Shown piece by piece: positions 40,164 through 51,450 of a stretch of DNA of 64,000 nucleotides. Below the pieces are notes generated by a model. The model was given only the letters and a program-made list of their open reading frames with translations. It had not been told where the DNA came from and made no database searches. This DNA is from Candidatus Poribacteria bacterium (GTDB lineage: Bacteria > Poribacteria > WGA-4E > PCPOR2b): assembly GCA_965218095.1 (NCBI GenBank), contig OZ244587.1, positions 5,664,001-5,728,000 of the forward strand. Direction: 5' to 3'. Position 1 is the first letter of the stretch. Each line of letters starts with the position of its first letter. A program made the translations under genes and the position numbers.

Positions 40164-42524
40164 CTAAAAACCCGGACCAATGGTGAAGTGAAATTTCCCC
40201 CTTGGTTCTTTACGTCCGTCAATTTCTCGATCAAACCCATATCCCCATTCGAGACGTGCTAACATACCCATCAGGTCAAAGCGAACACCTACCCCTATCC
40301 CTTTCTTGAGGTCAATATCTCTGAAGATACTATCGGTGCTTTCATCCCACACCTGCCCAATATCGAAGAATACGACGCCACTCAACTGATTAGCCAGTGG
40401 AATCCGATATTCAAAATTTGCGTAGAAGACCTTATTGCCACCGTTTGGGTTGTTACTGTTCGGGAGGATTTCATAATCCTCATAACCACGAATTGTATCA
40501 ATTCCGCCAAGCAGATAACGCTCAAAGAAAAGGAAGGTGCTTGCGGTGCGTCTGCTGTCCAGATATGCCCCGCGCACATGAGTTGCAAAGACCGTGTTAT
40601 GCCATGTCTTCAGGAACCAGCTTGAATCTGCCGTATACTTTTGAAATTCATTGTCCGCGCTGAGAAAGCCACCGGAGTATTCATACGAAACGGTATTAAG
40701 CGAGCCTGACACAGGTTCATAGAGGCTCCTCAGATAGTTACGAGTGTCCCTGGCCAGCACGAAAGTAATGCTGCGGGTTGTGCGATCCGTAATTTCCTCA
40801 AGATCTGATCGCCTTGCATCCACATCCTCATTTTTGAGGCGAATCGAGAAATCCGCGTTTTTGCTAATCGGGCGCCCAACCGTCAAAGAAGCGCCTTTGC
40901 GCTTATAAGTATATCGATCGTAACCCCGATCGCGGAAGATTTTGCCATAGTATCGACGAACCCTCTGGGTGTTGTACAGACTGATGTTGAGACTGGTCGG
41001 TGTCCCAAGCATCCATGGGGTACTGAAGCGGAGTTCGGCGGTATGCCGATCTCGAGCGCCTAACTCACCTTTCAGATGCACGCGATAAGCGCGTCCGAAG
41101 AGATTATTCTCGCCAATCTCCGCCACACCAAAGATGCCGCCCTCCGTGCCATAACCACCACCGAGACTGAATAACCCGGTACGAGGCGTTTCTGTGATGT
41201 TGACAATCAGATCGCGATTACTGCGATCCGAATCACTCGGAACAAAGTGAACATTCCGAATGAATGAACCCATCTGAAAAATCCGTTGGTGCGCTTTACG
41301 CAGGGCTTGGTCGTCAAAGAATTTACCCGGCTTGATATCCAATCGATTTAACTCACGCCGTATCACGTTATCCTTTGTCTTCTCTAAACCGTTGATATGC
41401 ACCTGATCAATGATGATAACGTCGCCTTCATTGATTTTCAGCGTCATATTCACAATGCCGTTAGTTTCATCAAAATCGGGAATTGCCTCCACGTCTGCTA
41501 GAAGATATCCTTTATCCCGATAGGCTTGCCGAATCTTATCAAGATTTTCATCAAACGCGCGAAGACTGAAAATCTCTCCTTCAACCGAATGCAGCATCTT
41601 ACGAACCTTTATCTCAGAAAATGCAGGCTTCTCGGATTCTTCAATTTCAACCTTATACGTTCCGATGATAAACTGTGTGCCCTCATCAACCGCAATATCA
41701 AGCATTAATCCTGTTTTATCATCAGAAAACTGTTTCTCATGATTGGAGACCCTTGCATGGTAGAAACCTTGATCTTGATAGTATTGCACTAAAGCAGTCA
41801 GATCTTGATCAAAGAAGCCTTCATCGAAATGCTTCCCTACACGCGTTTTCATCTGTTTGCTAAGTGCTTTTGAGGACATATTATAATTGTCAATGAAATT
41901 AATCTCCTCAACTTTAATCCGTTGTCCTTCCGTGATATCGAATGTCACCTGTACTGTATTCTCGTCCGGGTTTACATCAGTATACGTTTGTACCTCTGCC
42001 AGATAATAGCCCGCTTCTTTGTATACTTTCAGAACATTCCGCTTGCTTTCCCAGAGGCCTAGATCGCTGTAAAGTTCTCCGGGTTTTAGGGTAACGGCCT
42101 CTTTTATTTTTTTATACTTCAACTTTTCGTTACCGATGATGTTAATGCTACCTTCAACCTTCGGATTTCCGGTGAGTTGATAAATGACCTCTAATCCACT
42201 CCCGTTAGCAGGTTCAACATCAATGTCTATATCGGCGAAAAAGCCTATTTTATAAAGTTCTTTAATATCCTTTGATAACAGGTCAGGAGAAATCTCCTCG
42301 CCAACTTTGGTCTGTACGATTGCGTGAAGCATATCCTCTGTTCCGCTGTCTGTTCCTCGAAACGAGAGCTTGTTCACAATTAAGGCATTATCGCTTCCCG
42401 TAGTTTTGGTTTCATCAGCAACAGTAGGTACTAGGGGCAAAATTATCCCTACCATTGCAGCTAACAAACCGATCTGCCAGCCTATCAATTTCATTCCTTT
42501 CATCCTCCATTTTGTAATGCACAC
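40164..42524 (-). CDS. bamA: Outer membrane protein assembly factor BamA
   Basis: POTRA repeats, ENNLFG, IRGY motif, C-terminal FHFTIGPGF. Confidence 0.95.
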   Translation of the reverse strand: MCITKWRMKGMKLIGWQIGLLAAMVGIILPLVPTVADETKTTGSDNALIVNKLSFRGTDSGTEDMLHAIVQTKVGEEISPDLLSKDIKELYKIGFFADIDIDVEPANGSGLEVIYQLTGNPKVEGSINIIGNEKLKYKKIKEAVTLKPGELYSDLGLWESKRNVLKVYKEAGYYLAEVQTYTDVNPDENTVQVTFDITEGQRIKVEEINFIDNYNMSSKALSKQMKTRVGKHFDEGFFDQDLTALVQYYQDQGFYHARVSNHEKQFSDDKTGLMLDIAVDEGTQFIIGTYKVEIEESEKPAFSEIKVRKMLHSVEGEIFSLRAFDENLDKIRQAYRDKGYLLADVEAIPDFDETNGIVNMTLKINEGDVIIIDQVHINGLEKTKDNVIRRELNRLDIKPGKFFDDQALRKAHQRIFQMGSFIRNVHFVPSDSDRSNRDLIVNITETPRTGLFSLGGGYGTEGGIFGVAEIGENNLFGRAYRVHLKGELGARDRHTAELRFSTPWMLGTPTSLNISLYNTQRVRRYYGKIFRDRGYDRYTYKRKGASLTVGRPISKNADFSIRLKNEDVDARRSDLEEITDRTTRSITFVLARDTRNYLRSLYEPVSGSLNTVSYEYSGGFLSADNEFQKYTADSSWFLKTWHNTVFATHVRGAYLDSRRTASTFLFFERYLLGGIDTIRGYEDYEILPNSNNPNGGNKVFYANFEYRIPLANQLSGVVFFDIGQVWDESTDSIFRDIDLKKGIGVGVRFDLMGMLARLEWGYGFDREIDGRKEPRGKFHFTIGPGF

Positions 42525-42616
42525 AGTGGCAAAGCCCGCATTTGACGTTTTACGCTTTTCACAGCTTGAGTGAGACGAAATCTCCCGATAGATCGGAGCA
42601 ATCGGAATAGGACTGT

Positions 42617-43501
42617 TCAGCGGAGTTCATTCGGATAAATAAGGGTTCCCCATACACTCGTCGCTCTGCGGAATTCTTCAATCAGTTTCTGTGTCACTAT
42701 GCCGGGACGACCACCACCAATAACACGACGATCTATTTTAACAACAGGAATCACTTCGGCGGCGGTCCCCGTCAAAAAGCATTCGTCAGCGATATAGAGG
42801 TCGTGCCGTGTGAACACCCTTTCTTCGACAGTTAATCCCAATTCGCGTGCCAAGTCTATGACGGCATTGCGTGTTACCCCTTCCAAAATACCGATATGGG
42901 TGGGCGGCGTAACAATCACATTATCCTTGACGAAAAAGATATTATCGCCGGTACATTCGACAACATAGCCTTCGGCGTTCAGCATGAGTGCTTCGATAAC
43001 CCCTGCTTGTTTACCTTCTATCTTTGCCAGTATATTATTGAGATAGTTCAACGATTTGATCCGTGGATTGAGGGCTTCAGCGTAGTTTCGGCGTGTTGAA
43101 ACTGTAGCGATTTCCAAGCCGTCCTCATAAAACTCCTGAGGGTAAAGCGTAATCTTATCCGTGATGATAATAATCGTTGGCGTGGGACACTTATCCGGGT
43201 CTAAACCGAGATCGCCAACGCCGCGAGTCACGATCAGGCGAATATAAGCATCATAAAGATTATTCCGACGGAGCGTTTCCAATACACCTGCTTTTATCTC
43301 CTCGATCGAGATTGGAATTTCGAGCATAATGGCTCTTGCTGAGTCATACAGGCGCTGCAGGTGTTCGTCAAGCTTGAAGACGCGCCCCTGATAGGATCGA
43401 ATGCCCTCAAAAACACCGTCTCCGTAGAGCAAACCGTGATCAAAAACGGAAATTTTAGCCGCTGCTTGCGGCAGGAATTCTCCGTCAATATAAACCAGCA
43501 T
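42617..43501 (-). CDS. ilvE: Branched-chain amino acid aminotransferase
   Basis: FDHGLLYGDGVFEGIR, KSLNYL, LEGVTR, FLTGTAAEVIP. Confidence 0.95.
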   Translation of the reverse strand: MLVYIDGEFLPQAAAKISVFDHGLLYGDGVFEGIRSYQGRVFKLDEHLQRLYDSARAIMLEIPISIEEIKAGVLETLRRNNLYDAYIRLIVTRGVGDLGLDPDKCPTPTIIIITDKITLYPQEFYEDGLEIATVSTRRNYAEALNPRIKSLNYLNNILAKIEGKQAGVIEALMLNAEGYVVECTGDNIFFVKDNVIVTPPTHIGILEGVTRNAVIDLARELGLTVEERVFTRHDLYIADECFLTGTAAEVIPVVKIDRRVIGGGRPGIVTQKLIEEFRRATSVWGTLIYPNELR

Positions 43502-43532
43502 AACGTTTTCCTCGAATCTGTGAATGACGCAT

Positions 43533-44228
43533 TCAAAAGTCTAACATGTGCACCTGATCGGAGACTTGTCCATCAACGAGATGAATCAACCGATCCGCCC
43601 GCTGTGCAAGCATCTGATTATGTGTTACGATGATAAACGTCTGACCGAACCGGTCATTAAGATCCCACAGCAAATCATGCACGGCTTCGCTCGTTTTTCG
43701 ATCGAGATTGCCTGTGGGCTCATCCGCCAGCACAACCTTGGGATGATTCATTAAGGCGCGGACGATGGCAACGCGCTGCCGTTCCCCGCCCGAAAGTTCA
43801 TACGGACGATGTGTCAGGCGCTCTGCCAAGCCAACATAATCCAGTAACTCTCTGGCTCGATTATACGCGACATCGGATTTACCCCCGGCAATCAATGCCG
43901 CCATCGCAACATTTTCCAGCACAGTAAATTCAGGTAAAAGGTGGTGAAACTGAAAGACAAAACCGATTTCTTGATTACGGAATTGATCCAGTGCCTTATC
44001 GTTCAACGCAAAAATATCCTGTCCTTCGTAGAAGACCTTCCCCTGTGTTGGCCGGTCAAACGCACCAAGTAAGTGAAGTAGTGTACTCTTTCCGACGCCA
44101 GAGGCACCGACAATTGCCAGAATCTCCGCCATCTGGACTTCTAAATCAATCCCTTTAAGCACAGGGAGCTCTCTTAAGCCATCGTAGTAGGACTTGTGCA
44201 GGTCAATAACATGGATGAGGTTATTCAT
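43533..44228 (-). CDS. lolD: Lipoprotein-releasing ABC transporter ATP-binding protein
   Basis: GASGVGKST, GFVFQFHHLLPEF, LSGGERQR, ADEPTGNLD. Confidence 0.92.
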   Translation of the reverse strand: MNNLIHVIDLHKSYYDGLRELPVLKGIDLEVQMAEILAIVGASGVGKSTLLHLLGAFDRPTQGKVFYEGQDIFALNDKALDQFRNQEIGFVFQFHHLLPEFTVLENVAMAALIAGGKSDVAYNRARELLDYVGLAERLTHRPYELSGGERQRVAIVRALMNHPKVVLADEPTGNLDRKTSEAVHDLLWDLNDRFGQTFIIVTHNQMLAQRADRLIHLVDGQVSDQVHMLDF

Positions 44229-45687
44229 GTCGGAGCGCCTCAACGGGGTTGAGGTTGGAAGCCTTCCCTGCCGGATACAGCGCCGCGAGCCAGCAGATTG
44301 CGATCGACAGGACGTTCATAAAAACGACGAAGAGCCAATTAATCTTGACAGATAATCGGTTGAGTTGATAAACACTACTCAAATCCCTACCGAAGATGTT
44401 ATTGAGGTAAATGGGTTGCGCAATGAAATAGAGGGACAGACCGACTGCCCCGCACCAGAGCAAAAGCAGCGCAGTTGAGTTGATAGGTAACGCCAACATC
44501 CGCCGGATGACTTGTGTACAGATTGGAATCAGAAGAATCAGAAGACCATACCAGCGTGAGAAACTGTCGACCTGAAACTCAAGCCGCCAACAGACATATA
44601 CGCCCAGCACTGTCCCCAAAAGAGAACCCAAAATACCAATAATACCGCCCTGAAGGATGAAGATTTTTCTGATGCTCTGTTTTGACGCCCCCATCGCTCT
44701 GAGAATACCGATGTCTTGTGTTTTTTCCATGACCATCATGATCAAGGTGCTTGCAATATTGAACGCCGCAACAAGAATGATTAGGGCAACGACAATCATC
44801 GTTACGATTCTCTCTAGTTTGAACGCTTCAAAAAAATCTGCACGCGATTCCATCCAGGTTGTTGTTATCGGCATTGCGCCCAAACCTTGATCAAAACGGA
44901 TATCGTGTTTGATGCGATCGCTGACTATCGGCGCCATATCTGCATCAATGGTGCGAACCTCAATCAGGTTGATCTGATCCGGCTTTTGGTACAGCTTTTG
45001 GGCGGTTTTCAGATCAATAAAGCCGAATGCGTTGTCGTGAATGTAGAACCCCGATTGGTAAAGCCCGATGACGACAAAATTACGCATCATCGGCAAAAAA
45101 CTCTCTGGATTGGCGGGGTGTTGTACCATCTTAGAAATGAGACGCAGAACATCCCCCGGGACAACGCCGATACGCCTTGCAACGTGATATCCTAAGACAA
45201 TGCCGCCTGTAATTGTCTCTTTTCCAGCCAAACGCGCCCGCGCTTCATCGATAAACGGTGAGCGATGAAACCCAGCAAAGTCAGCCACAAAATCTGAGAA
45301 CCCCGTAACGCGGTTTTCTTGTTGCAGGTCAATCCCTTTAACATAAATCGTCGCTTCGATTGCCTCGCTGCCCTGGGGTTGAACGGCGAGTTGACTTAAA
45401 ATCACAGGAGAGGCAGCAACCACGCCTTCAATCGCCTCAAGCTGTTCAATCTTTTCTTGGTAATTTGAAAAGTAACCATCAATCGATCTGACAAACACAT
45501 GGGCCTCATTGGCGAGGAATTTCTCTTTCAACCCATGACTAAAACCGTCCAAGACGGAAACGACGATAATAACAGCGGCAATGCCGAGGGCAACCCCTCC
45601 CACGGAAATAATGCTAATGATTGAGATAAAGGATTGTTTCCGCCGCGATTTCAGATAGCGTAGTGCAATGAATCGTTCATATTTCAT
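44221..45687 (-). CDS. Lipoprotein-releasing ABC transporter permease LolC/E
   Basis: FIALRYL, VAAFNIASTLIMMVMEK, IGILRAMGA, LYPAxKAxxLNPVEALRHE. Confidence 0.9.
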   Translation of the reverse strand: MKYERFIALRYLKSRRKQSFISIISIISVGGVALGIAAVIIVVSVLDGFSHGLKEKFLANEAHVFVRSIDGYFSNYQEKIEQLEAIEGVVAASPVILSQLAVQPQGSEAIEATIYVKGIDLQQENRVTGFSDFVADFAGFHRSPFIDEARARLAGKETITGGIVLGYHVARRIGVVPGDVLRLISKMVQHPANPESFLPMMRNFVVIGLYQSGFYIHDNAFGFIDLKTAQKLYQKPDQINLIEVRTIDADMAPIVSDRIKHDIRFDQGLGAMPITTTWMESRADFFEAFKLERIVTMIVVALIILVAAFNIASTLIMMVMEKTQDIGILRAMGASKQSIRKIFILQGGIIGILGSLLGTVLGVYVCWRLEFQVDSFSRWYGLLILLIPICTQVIRRMLALPINSTALLLLWCGAVGLSLYFIAQPIYLNNIFGRDLSSVYQLNRLSVKINWLFVVFMNVLSIAICWLAALYPAGKASNLNPVEALRHE

Positions 45688-45690
45688 AAA

Positions 45691-47169
45691 TTAGTGTTCA
45701 GGACGCATTAGGGGAAATAAGATCACGTCGCGGATTGAGCTTTGATCTGTGAGCAACATGGCGAGTCGATCAATACCAATGCCAAGCCCACCCGTCGGTG
45801 GCATGCCATACTCAAGCGCCCGCAGATAATCTTCATCCATCATAAACGCTTCCTCATCTCCAGCGTTGCGTCTCTTGGCTTGCGCAATAAACCGCTCACG
45901 CTGATCGATGGGATCATTTAACTCACTGAAAGCATTGCCGAGCTCCATACGCGCCACAAAGGGCTCAAATCGCTCAACTACCCGATCGCATCCACGCTTC
46001 TTCTTCGCAAGCGGTGAAACCTCAATAGGGTAATCATAAATAAATGTTGGTTGAACCAAGTTCGGTTCGACGAGCGCATCAAACAGCTCCCCGATGAGAT
46101 GCCCTCTGGATTCAGTACCTTCCAATTCAACGCCAGCGGCTGATGTCACGTTCCATAATTCGTCGTCACTCAGCGCATCAACGTCAATGCCAACTTCTTC
46201 CTTTATTGACTCGATTAACCTTAGCCTGCGCCAGGGCGGGTCTAATGAAATCGAATCGCCCTGATAAGAAATCTGCGTGGCGCCGAGGACGCTTTTCGCA
46301 GCGTATGCGACGAGGTTTTCTGTCAAACGCATCATATCTTCATAATCCGCATACGCCTGATAAAGCTCAAGCATCGTAAATTCGGGATTGTGATCGCGGT
46401 CCATACCTTCATTCCGAAAATCTTTCGCAAATTCATAGACCTGATCAAACCCACCAACGATAAGCCGTTTGAGATAAAGTTCATTCGCAATACGGAGGTA
46501 AAGCGGCATATCAAGTGCGTTGTGATGCGTGGTGAAGGGGCGGGCGTGTGCGCCTCCATAAATTGGTTGAAGGATTGGCGTTTCTACTTCAATAAAACCT
46601 TGCTGATTGAGGTAGTCGCGGAGGGCTTGGATTATTCGGGTGCGGTTGATGAAAACCTGCTTCACATCGGGATTGATGATCAGATCGGCATACCGCTGAC
46701 GATAACGGGTTGCCTTATCCTGCAAACCATGCCATTTTTCGGGAAGCGGACGGAGGGACTTTGCTAAAAGCTCAATTTCATTCACCAACACGGTAATTTC
46801 ACCGGTTCGAGTACGAAAAACGGAACCAGCGCCACCAATGACATCACCGATATCAAGCTTCTTGTAGACTAGATATGCGTCTTTTCCAACCAGGTTTTGG
46901 CGCATGTAAATCTGGATGTGCCCACTTCCATCCTGTACGTGCGCAAATCCGCTCTTGCCATGATCTCGTTTGGTCATGATGCGCCCGGCAATACGCACAA
47001 GTTTCGTCTCATCCGGCTGATCGTGCACATCTGCAAATTGTTGACGAATTTCCAGGGTAGTATGGGTGGGTGAGTATTTGTGAGGGTATGGGTTGACGCC
47101 GATTTGACGAATTTCTTCCAGCTTTTCTCGACGTTGACGCATCAAATCACTAAAATCTTCCAATTGCAC
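45691..47169 (-). CDS. lysS: Lysine--tRNA ligase (class II)
   Basis: RYRQRY, FRNEG, HNPEFTMLE, YGMPPTGGLGIGIDRL. Confidence 0.97.
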   Translation of the reverse strand: MQLEDFSDLMRQRREKLEEIRQIGVNPYPHKYSPTHTTLEIRQQFADVHDQPDETKLVRIAGRIMTKRDHGKSGFAHVQDGSGHIQIYMRQNLVGKDAYLVYKKLDIGDVIGGAGSVFRTRTGEITVLVNEIELLAKSLRPLPEKWHGLQDKATRYRQRYADLIINPDVKQVFINRTRIIQALRDYLNQQGFIEVETPILQPIYGGAHARPFTTHHNALDMPLYLRIANELYLKRLIVGGFDQVYEFAKDFRNEGMDRDHNPEFTMLELYQAYADYEDMMRLTENLVAYAAKSVLGATQISYQGDSISLDPPWRRLRLIESIKEEVGIDVDALSDDELWNVTSAAGVELEGTESRGHLIGELFDALVEPNLVQPTFIYDYPIEVSPLAKKKRGCDRVVERFEPFVARMELGNAFSELNDPIDQRERFIAQAKRRNAGDEEAFMMDEDYLRALEYGMPPTGGLGIGIDRLAMLLTDQSSIRDVILFPLMRPEH

Positions 47170-47253
47170 ATTCCTTCCAGAAAGAATTTATTGAAGGGTT
47201 AGTATAGCACGTCTCAACGCTTTAGGCAATAAAAAAACTGGCATCACTGACTA

Positions 47254-48074
47254 GGTTCTGTTGACATTTGAGTATAAGGTTGTGGCATAATAGAAGAATG
47301 ATGCCAATAACCTTACCCGATGACCAATGGAATAAGATATACTCGTTTCTTCTAACTTGTCCCACCATCTATGTTGGCAACGAAGCGACAACACGCCGCT
47401 TTATCGAAACTGTTCTCTGGGCGACCCGTAGCGGTGCTCAATGGAGACTTCTGCTAGACACCTATGGTAAATGGAACACCCTCTATAAGCGGTTTGCTCG
47501 GTGGTGCGACAAAGGGGTCTTCACACAGATGCACCCCCACTTCGCCTCTGACCCCGATATCGAGTCGCTTATTGTGGACAGTACAATCATTCGAGCGCAC
47601 CCGTGTGCGGCAGGTGCCGAAAAAAAAAGGGTGGCACTGAAAACCAAGCGTTAGGCTGCTCTCGCGGGGGATTCAGTACAAAAATTCACATCACAGTTGA
47701 CGGCCTGGGTAATCCCCTAAGAATACATCTGACGCCCGGTCAAAGAAACGACATAGCGGAAGCAGAAGGGTTGATACTTGGATATAAAAGTGAGTATGTG
47801 ATTGGAGACAAGGGATATGACTCCGACAATTTTATCGCGGTTATTGAGGCGAATGGAGCGATTGCGGTGATACCGCCCAAAAGTCATCGTGTGGATCAAA
47901 GAGATTACGACAAACATCTGTACAAAGAGAGACATCGGGTTGAATGTTTCATTAACAAGATAAAATGGTATCGCCGCATCTTCTCTCGGTTCGAGAAGTT
48001 AGCTATCCGTTATTTTGGATTTCTCAGCTTTGTCTCCACATCTTATATGGCTCCGTTGAAATGTCAACAGAACC
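47254..48074 (+). mobile_element. IS5-family insertion sequence, copy 2 (two ORFs joined at A9 slippery site 47620-47628)
   Basis: Perfect TIRs GGTTCTGTTGACATTT / AAATGTCAACAGAACC; TA duplicated; IVDSTIIRAH, GDKGYDSD, ERHRVE. Confidence 0.95.
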
Positions 48075-48099
48075 TAATACGCATTCCTTCCCAATTCCC

Positions 48100-49210
48100 T
48101 CATTCTCTTTCGCGCCTTACGTCTTTTAAGTAGCTTTCGATAAAAACGTTCAGCCCGCCATCCATGACCGCGTCAACATTCCCGGTCTCAACCCCTGTTC
48201 GCAAATCTTTCACCAGACGGTAAGGGTGGAACACATAGGATCGGATCTGGCTGCCAAAGTCAATACCAAGTCTGTCTCCCTGTAGTTTTGAAATCTCTTC
48301 GTTACGTTGGGCTCGATAATACTCATAAACTCGTGAGCGAAGCACCTTCATTGCGATCTCGCGGTTTTTATGCTGCGACCGTTCGTTCTGACACTGGGCA
48401 ATAATCCCAGTGGGCAGATGGGTCATCCGCACCGCTGAATCTGTGCGGTTGACATGCTGCCCGCCAGCGCCACTCGATCTGTAGGTTTCGATACGCAGAT
48501 CCGCGGGGTCAATCTCAACATCAATGGCGTCGCTAATGTCAGGAGAAACAGCAACCGCTGCAAAGGAAGTGTGACGGCGATTATTGAAATCGAAGGGAGA
48601 AAGACGAACGAGACGGTGAATGCCTGCTTCTGCACGGAGATAGCCGTAGGCATACTCTCCGGTCACCAGGATTGTTGTGCTCTTGATGCCTGCCTCTTCA
48701 CCATGCGCCAATTCAATGGTCTCAGTTTTGTAGTTATGTCGCTCGCACCAGCGAAGATACATCCGCATGAGCATCAACGCCCAATCCTGAGATTCGGTGC
48801 CGCCTGCCCCGGGGTGAATACTCAAGATTGCATTGCTTCGATCATGTTCGCCACCGAGCATCAGCTTGAATTCGATTTCCTCAATCTGTTGCGCAACCCC
48901 TCTTAAGTCTGCTTTAATCTCTTCGCCTATGGTCTCATCATCCTCCTCAACAGCAAGCTCAATCAGGAGTTGGAGGTCTTCGAGTTGAGTGTGGAGTTTC
49001 CTATATTGTTCTACGTCTTCCCGCAAGATCGAGATCTGTTGAGTGACTTTTTGGGCATCCTGGGGTTCGTTCCAAAAATCGGGCTTTGAGGCTTCTTCTT
49101 GAAGTGTTTCCAGTTCTTCTTCCTTACTCGTCAGGTCAAAGATGCCCCCTGAGTTCAATCAGTCGAGCGGTCATACCCTCAATTTCAGCCTTCAAATCTG
49201 CAAGCATCAT
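48100..49210 (-). CDS. prfB: Peptide chain release factor 2 with programmed +1 frameshift
   Basis: MMLADLKAEIEGMTARLIELRGHL, then AGGGGG-CAT-CTT-TGA-C (49135-49150); SPF and GGQ motifs. Confidence 0.97.
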
Positions 49211-49235
49211 CTGTCTCCTTGTGATTGCGCCCTCA

Positions 49236-49808
49236 TTATCGCGTGAGTGCATAAGATTGTAAGGTTGTATAAACAGCCCCTTTTGGGTGAAGTTGACTCT
49301 GTATCAGCGAAATTTCATGGACAGTCATCGCGCCATCATCAATCTTATCATATTGACGATACAAGTTCACGAAAGGTCTCAGATCTACTCGTCTTTTCAG
49401 CCGAGCAATCGTTAAATGGGAATTGAATTTCTTGTCGTCAGGCGGGAATCCACAGCGACTCAGCGCCTGGTTGATGTCCTGGGCGAGGGCAGATACTTGC
49501 TCCTCTCCAACTTTTACACCGGACCAAATTACCCTTGGACGCGCCAGACTAGGGAATGCGCCAACCCCACCCATCCGCAATGAAAAAGGACTGTGATGGG
49601 CTGCCGCTTGCTCAGTTGTCTGCCCGATTGATTCGATGTCAGCCGGATTAACATCGCCTAGAAATTTCAGCGTGAGGTGAATGTTACCCGGTTTAACCCA
49701 AGATGCCCTTTGAATCTGTTTCCGCAATATCGTTTGGATCTGCGCTAACTGATTCTGGATGGTCATGGGTATCTCGATTGCGACAAAACACCGTATCTGC
49801 TGTGTCAT
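49236..49808 (-). CDS. thpR: RNA 2',3'-cyclic phosphodiesterase (2H family)
   Basis: RCFVAI, HLTLKFLG, PRVIW, HLTIAR. Confidence 0.9.
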   Translation of the reverse strand: MTQQIRCFVAIEIPMTIQNQLAQIQTILRKQIQRASWVKPGNIHLTLKFLGDVNPADIESIGQTTEQAAAHHSPFSLRMGGVGAFPSLARPRVIWSGVKVGEEQVSALAQDINQALSRCGFPPDDKKFNSHLTIARLKRRVDLRPFVNLYRQYDKIDDGAMTVHEISLIQSQLHPKGAVYTTLQSYALTR

Positions 49809-49837
49809 GTTTTCTAATTTACCAATTCCAGAGCACC

Positions 49838-49870
49838 AAACCTTCGGAAGGTTCAAAACCTTCCAGGGTT
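49838..49870. repeat. REP-like double palindrome
   Basis: aaaccttcggaaggttcaaaaccttccagggtt. Confidence 0.7.
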
Positions 49871-49875
49871 GGAGA

Positions 49876-50502
49876 CTAGATGTCATCATCTGTATAAGCG
49901 TCCGGCGATCTCATCAGTTCATAAAGCGCCTTGCGATTGTTGTACAGAAATTCCAATCCTGAAACAACGGTTAAGACAAGAGGAAGGTACATTATAAAAT
50001 AGATTGGTCCCTGTACTTGAATCATAAAATCCAGTTCTATATTTAATAGCCCTCTATATTCGTGGCTAACGAGTAAACCGAGGCTAACTATAATGACAGT
50101 CATCTGGGAGGAGGTTTTATATTTTCCCCACCTGCTCGCTGCAACCACAGTTCCATACCGCCCAACGAATACCAGTCGTAAGGTGGTGATGACAAACTCA
50201 CGCCCCATGATTATTAAAACTATCCAACCTGGAATCAATCCTCCTTTAAATCGGGTAAAGCAAATCAACGCCGCCCCAACGAGTAGCTTATCTGCAAGCG
50301 GATCCATAAATTTTCCAAAACTGGTGATTCCTTGCCTGCGAGCAATCTTGCCATCAAGATAATCTGTAAACGATGCCACGCAAAAAATAACGAGAGCAGG
50401 CAGCATGCGCTGGTATCGAAAAGAGAGCATAAAGAAGGGAATCAGGAGAATGCGTGAAATCGTTAAGGAATTTGCTAGGTGCATCAGGCTGTAGAGATTC
50501 AT
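49876..50502 (-). CDS. pgsA: CDP-diacylglycerol--glycerol-3-phosphate 3-phosphatidyltransferase
   Basis: ANSLTISRI, TDYLDGKIAR, FGKFMDPLADK, GKYKT. Confidence 0.9.
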   Translation of the reverse strand: MNLYSLMHLANSLTISRILLIPFFMLSFRYQRMLPALVIFCVASFTDYLDGKIARRQGITSFGKFMDPLADKLLVGAALICFTRFKGGLIPGWIVLIIMGREFVITTLRLVFVGRYGTVVAASRWGKYKTSSQMTVIIVSLGLLVSHEYRGLLNIELDFMIQVQGPIYFIMYLPLVLTVVSGLEFLYNNRKALYELMRSPDAYTDDDI

Positions 50503-50637
50503 ACGGTTTTATCACTTTGTAAGGTGTACCCTACACTCAAAGGTTGAGAAATGCTGTCACCCTGCATCGGACGTAATGCGTAATAAACTATACGCGGGGT
50601 TTTTCGCATATCACACTTACTCATCACATCTTTAATG

Positions 50638-51354
50638 TCACTCATCTGGTGAAAGATCTATCACTTCAACCCCGTCCGGAATGACAAATTTGAATGTATC
50701 GGCGCCTACTTCCTGATCTCGCTGAATGTTAGCCAACGAAACGATTACACTCATATCGTTTTCATCGTCGCTTTCAGATCGATAACCGAACTGCACAGGT
50801 AACCACTCATCCGATTGAACCCAAACCTCAAGGATCTCGCGAGGGGGGACGGCCCCGTTTTCAGCACCGGGTATCATGTGCGGTTTGGGAGTCAATTCAA
50901 TGCGGTAAACGCCCTTCGCATTCGCAGCGGCATCTGCAACCAGCTTTATGTCATAATTCTTCTGGACATCTTCTAAGGACGCCCCAACCCCCGGCAATAA
51001 TTCTTTGCGGTTCGATTTGTTCCATCTCATTTTATTGACCTGGTTGAGCAGCGGCGTATATGACCAGGAATATTCACCATCAAGAATAATTAACTGTGCA
51101 AGCTGGGTCGGATCTTTTTGGCTGACATACTCCTTCCGCAGTAAATTCGGTTTGCTAAACGCTACTCGTCCGCGTGCAACGTTTTTATTGCCGGCTCGAA
51201 ACGTCGTCTCCTCAAAGTCGGCGCTAAAGTTCTTAGACTTCTCGTAAGCTGTCTTGAAGCTTTGAAACACCTCATCGACAGTATTGGCGGATATGTAATT
51301 CACACTAATGGTCAGCAAAAGCGTAAGCATGCATCTGAAATAGAGCTGTTTCAT
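50638..51354 (-). CDS. lolA: Outer-membrane lipoprotein carrier LolA family
   Basis: Signal peptide, FSADFEE, KPNLLRKEY, DGEYSWSY, FKFVIPDGVEVID. Confidence 0.82.
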   Translation of the reverse strand: MKQLYFRCMLTLLLTISVNYISANTVDEVFQSFKTAYEKSKNFSADFEETTFRAGNKNVARGRVAFSKPNLLRKEYVSQKDPTQLAQLIILDGEYSWSYTPLLNQVNKMRWNKSNRKELLPGVGASLEDVQKNYDIKLVADAAANAKGVYRIELTPKPHMIPGAENGAVPPREILEVWVQSDEWLPVQFGYRSESDDENDMSVIVSLANIQRDQEVGADTFKFVIPDGVEVIDLSPDE

Positions 51355-51450
51355 AACCCCTTCGCGGCGTGAACTTCTTGGAAAGCCGCTCTCCTTTCCA
51401 ATTTCAGATTGACAATTTTATGCACACATTATTATTTTGGGTTAGCAATA

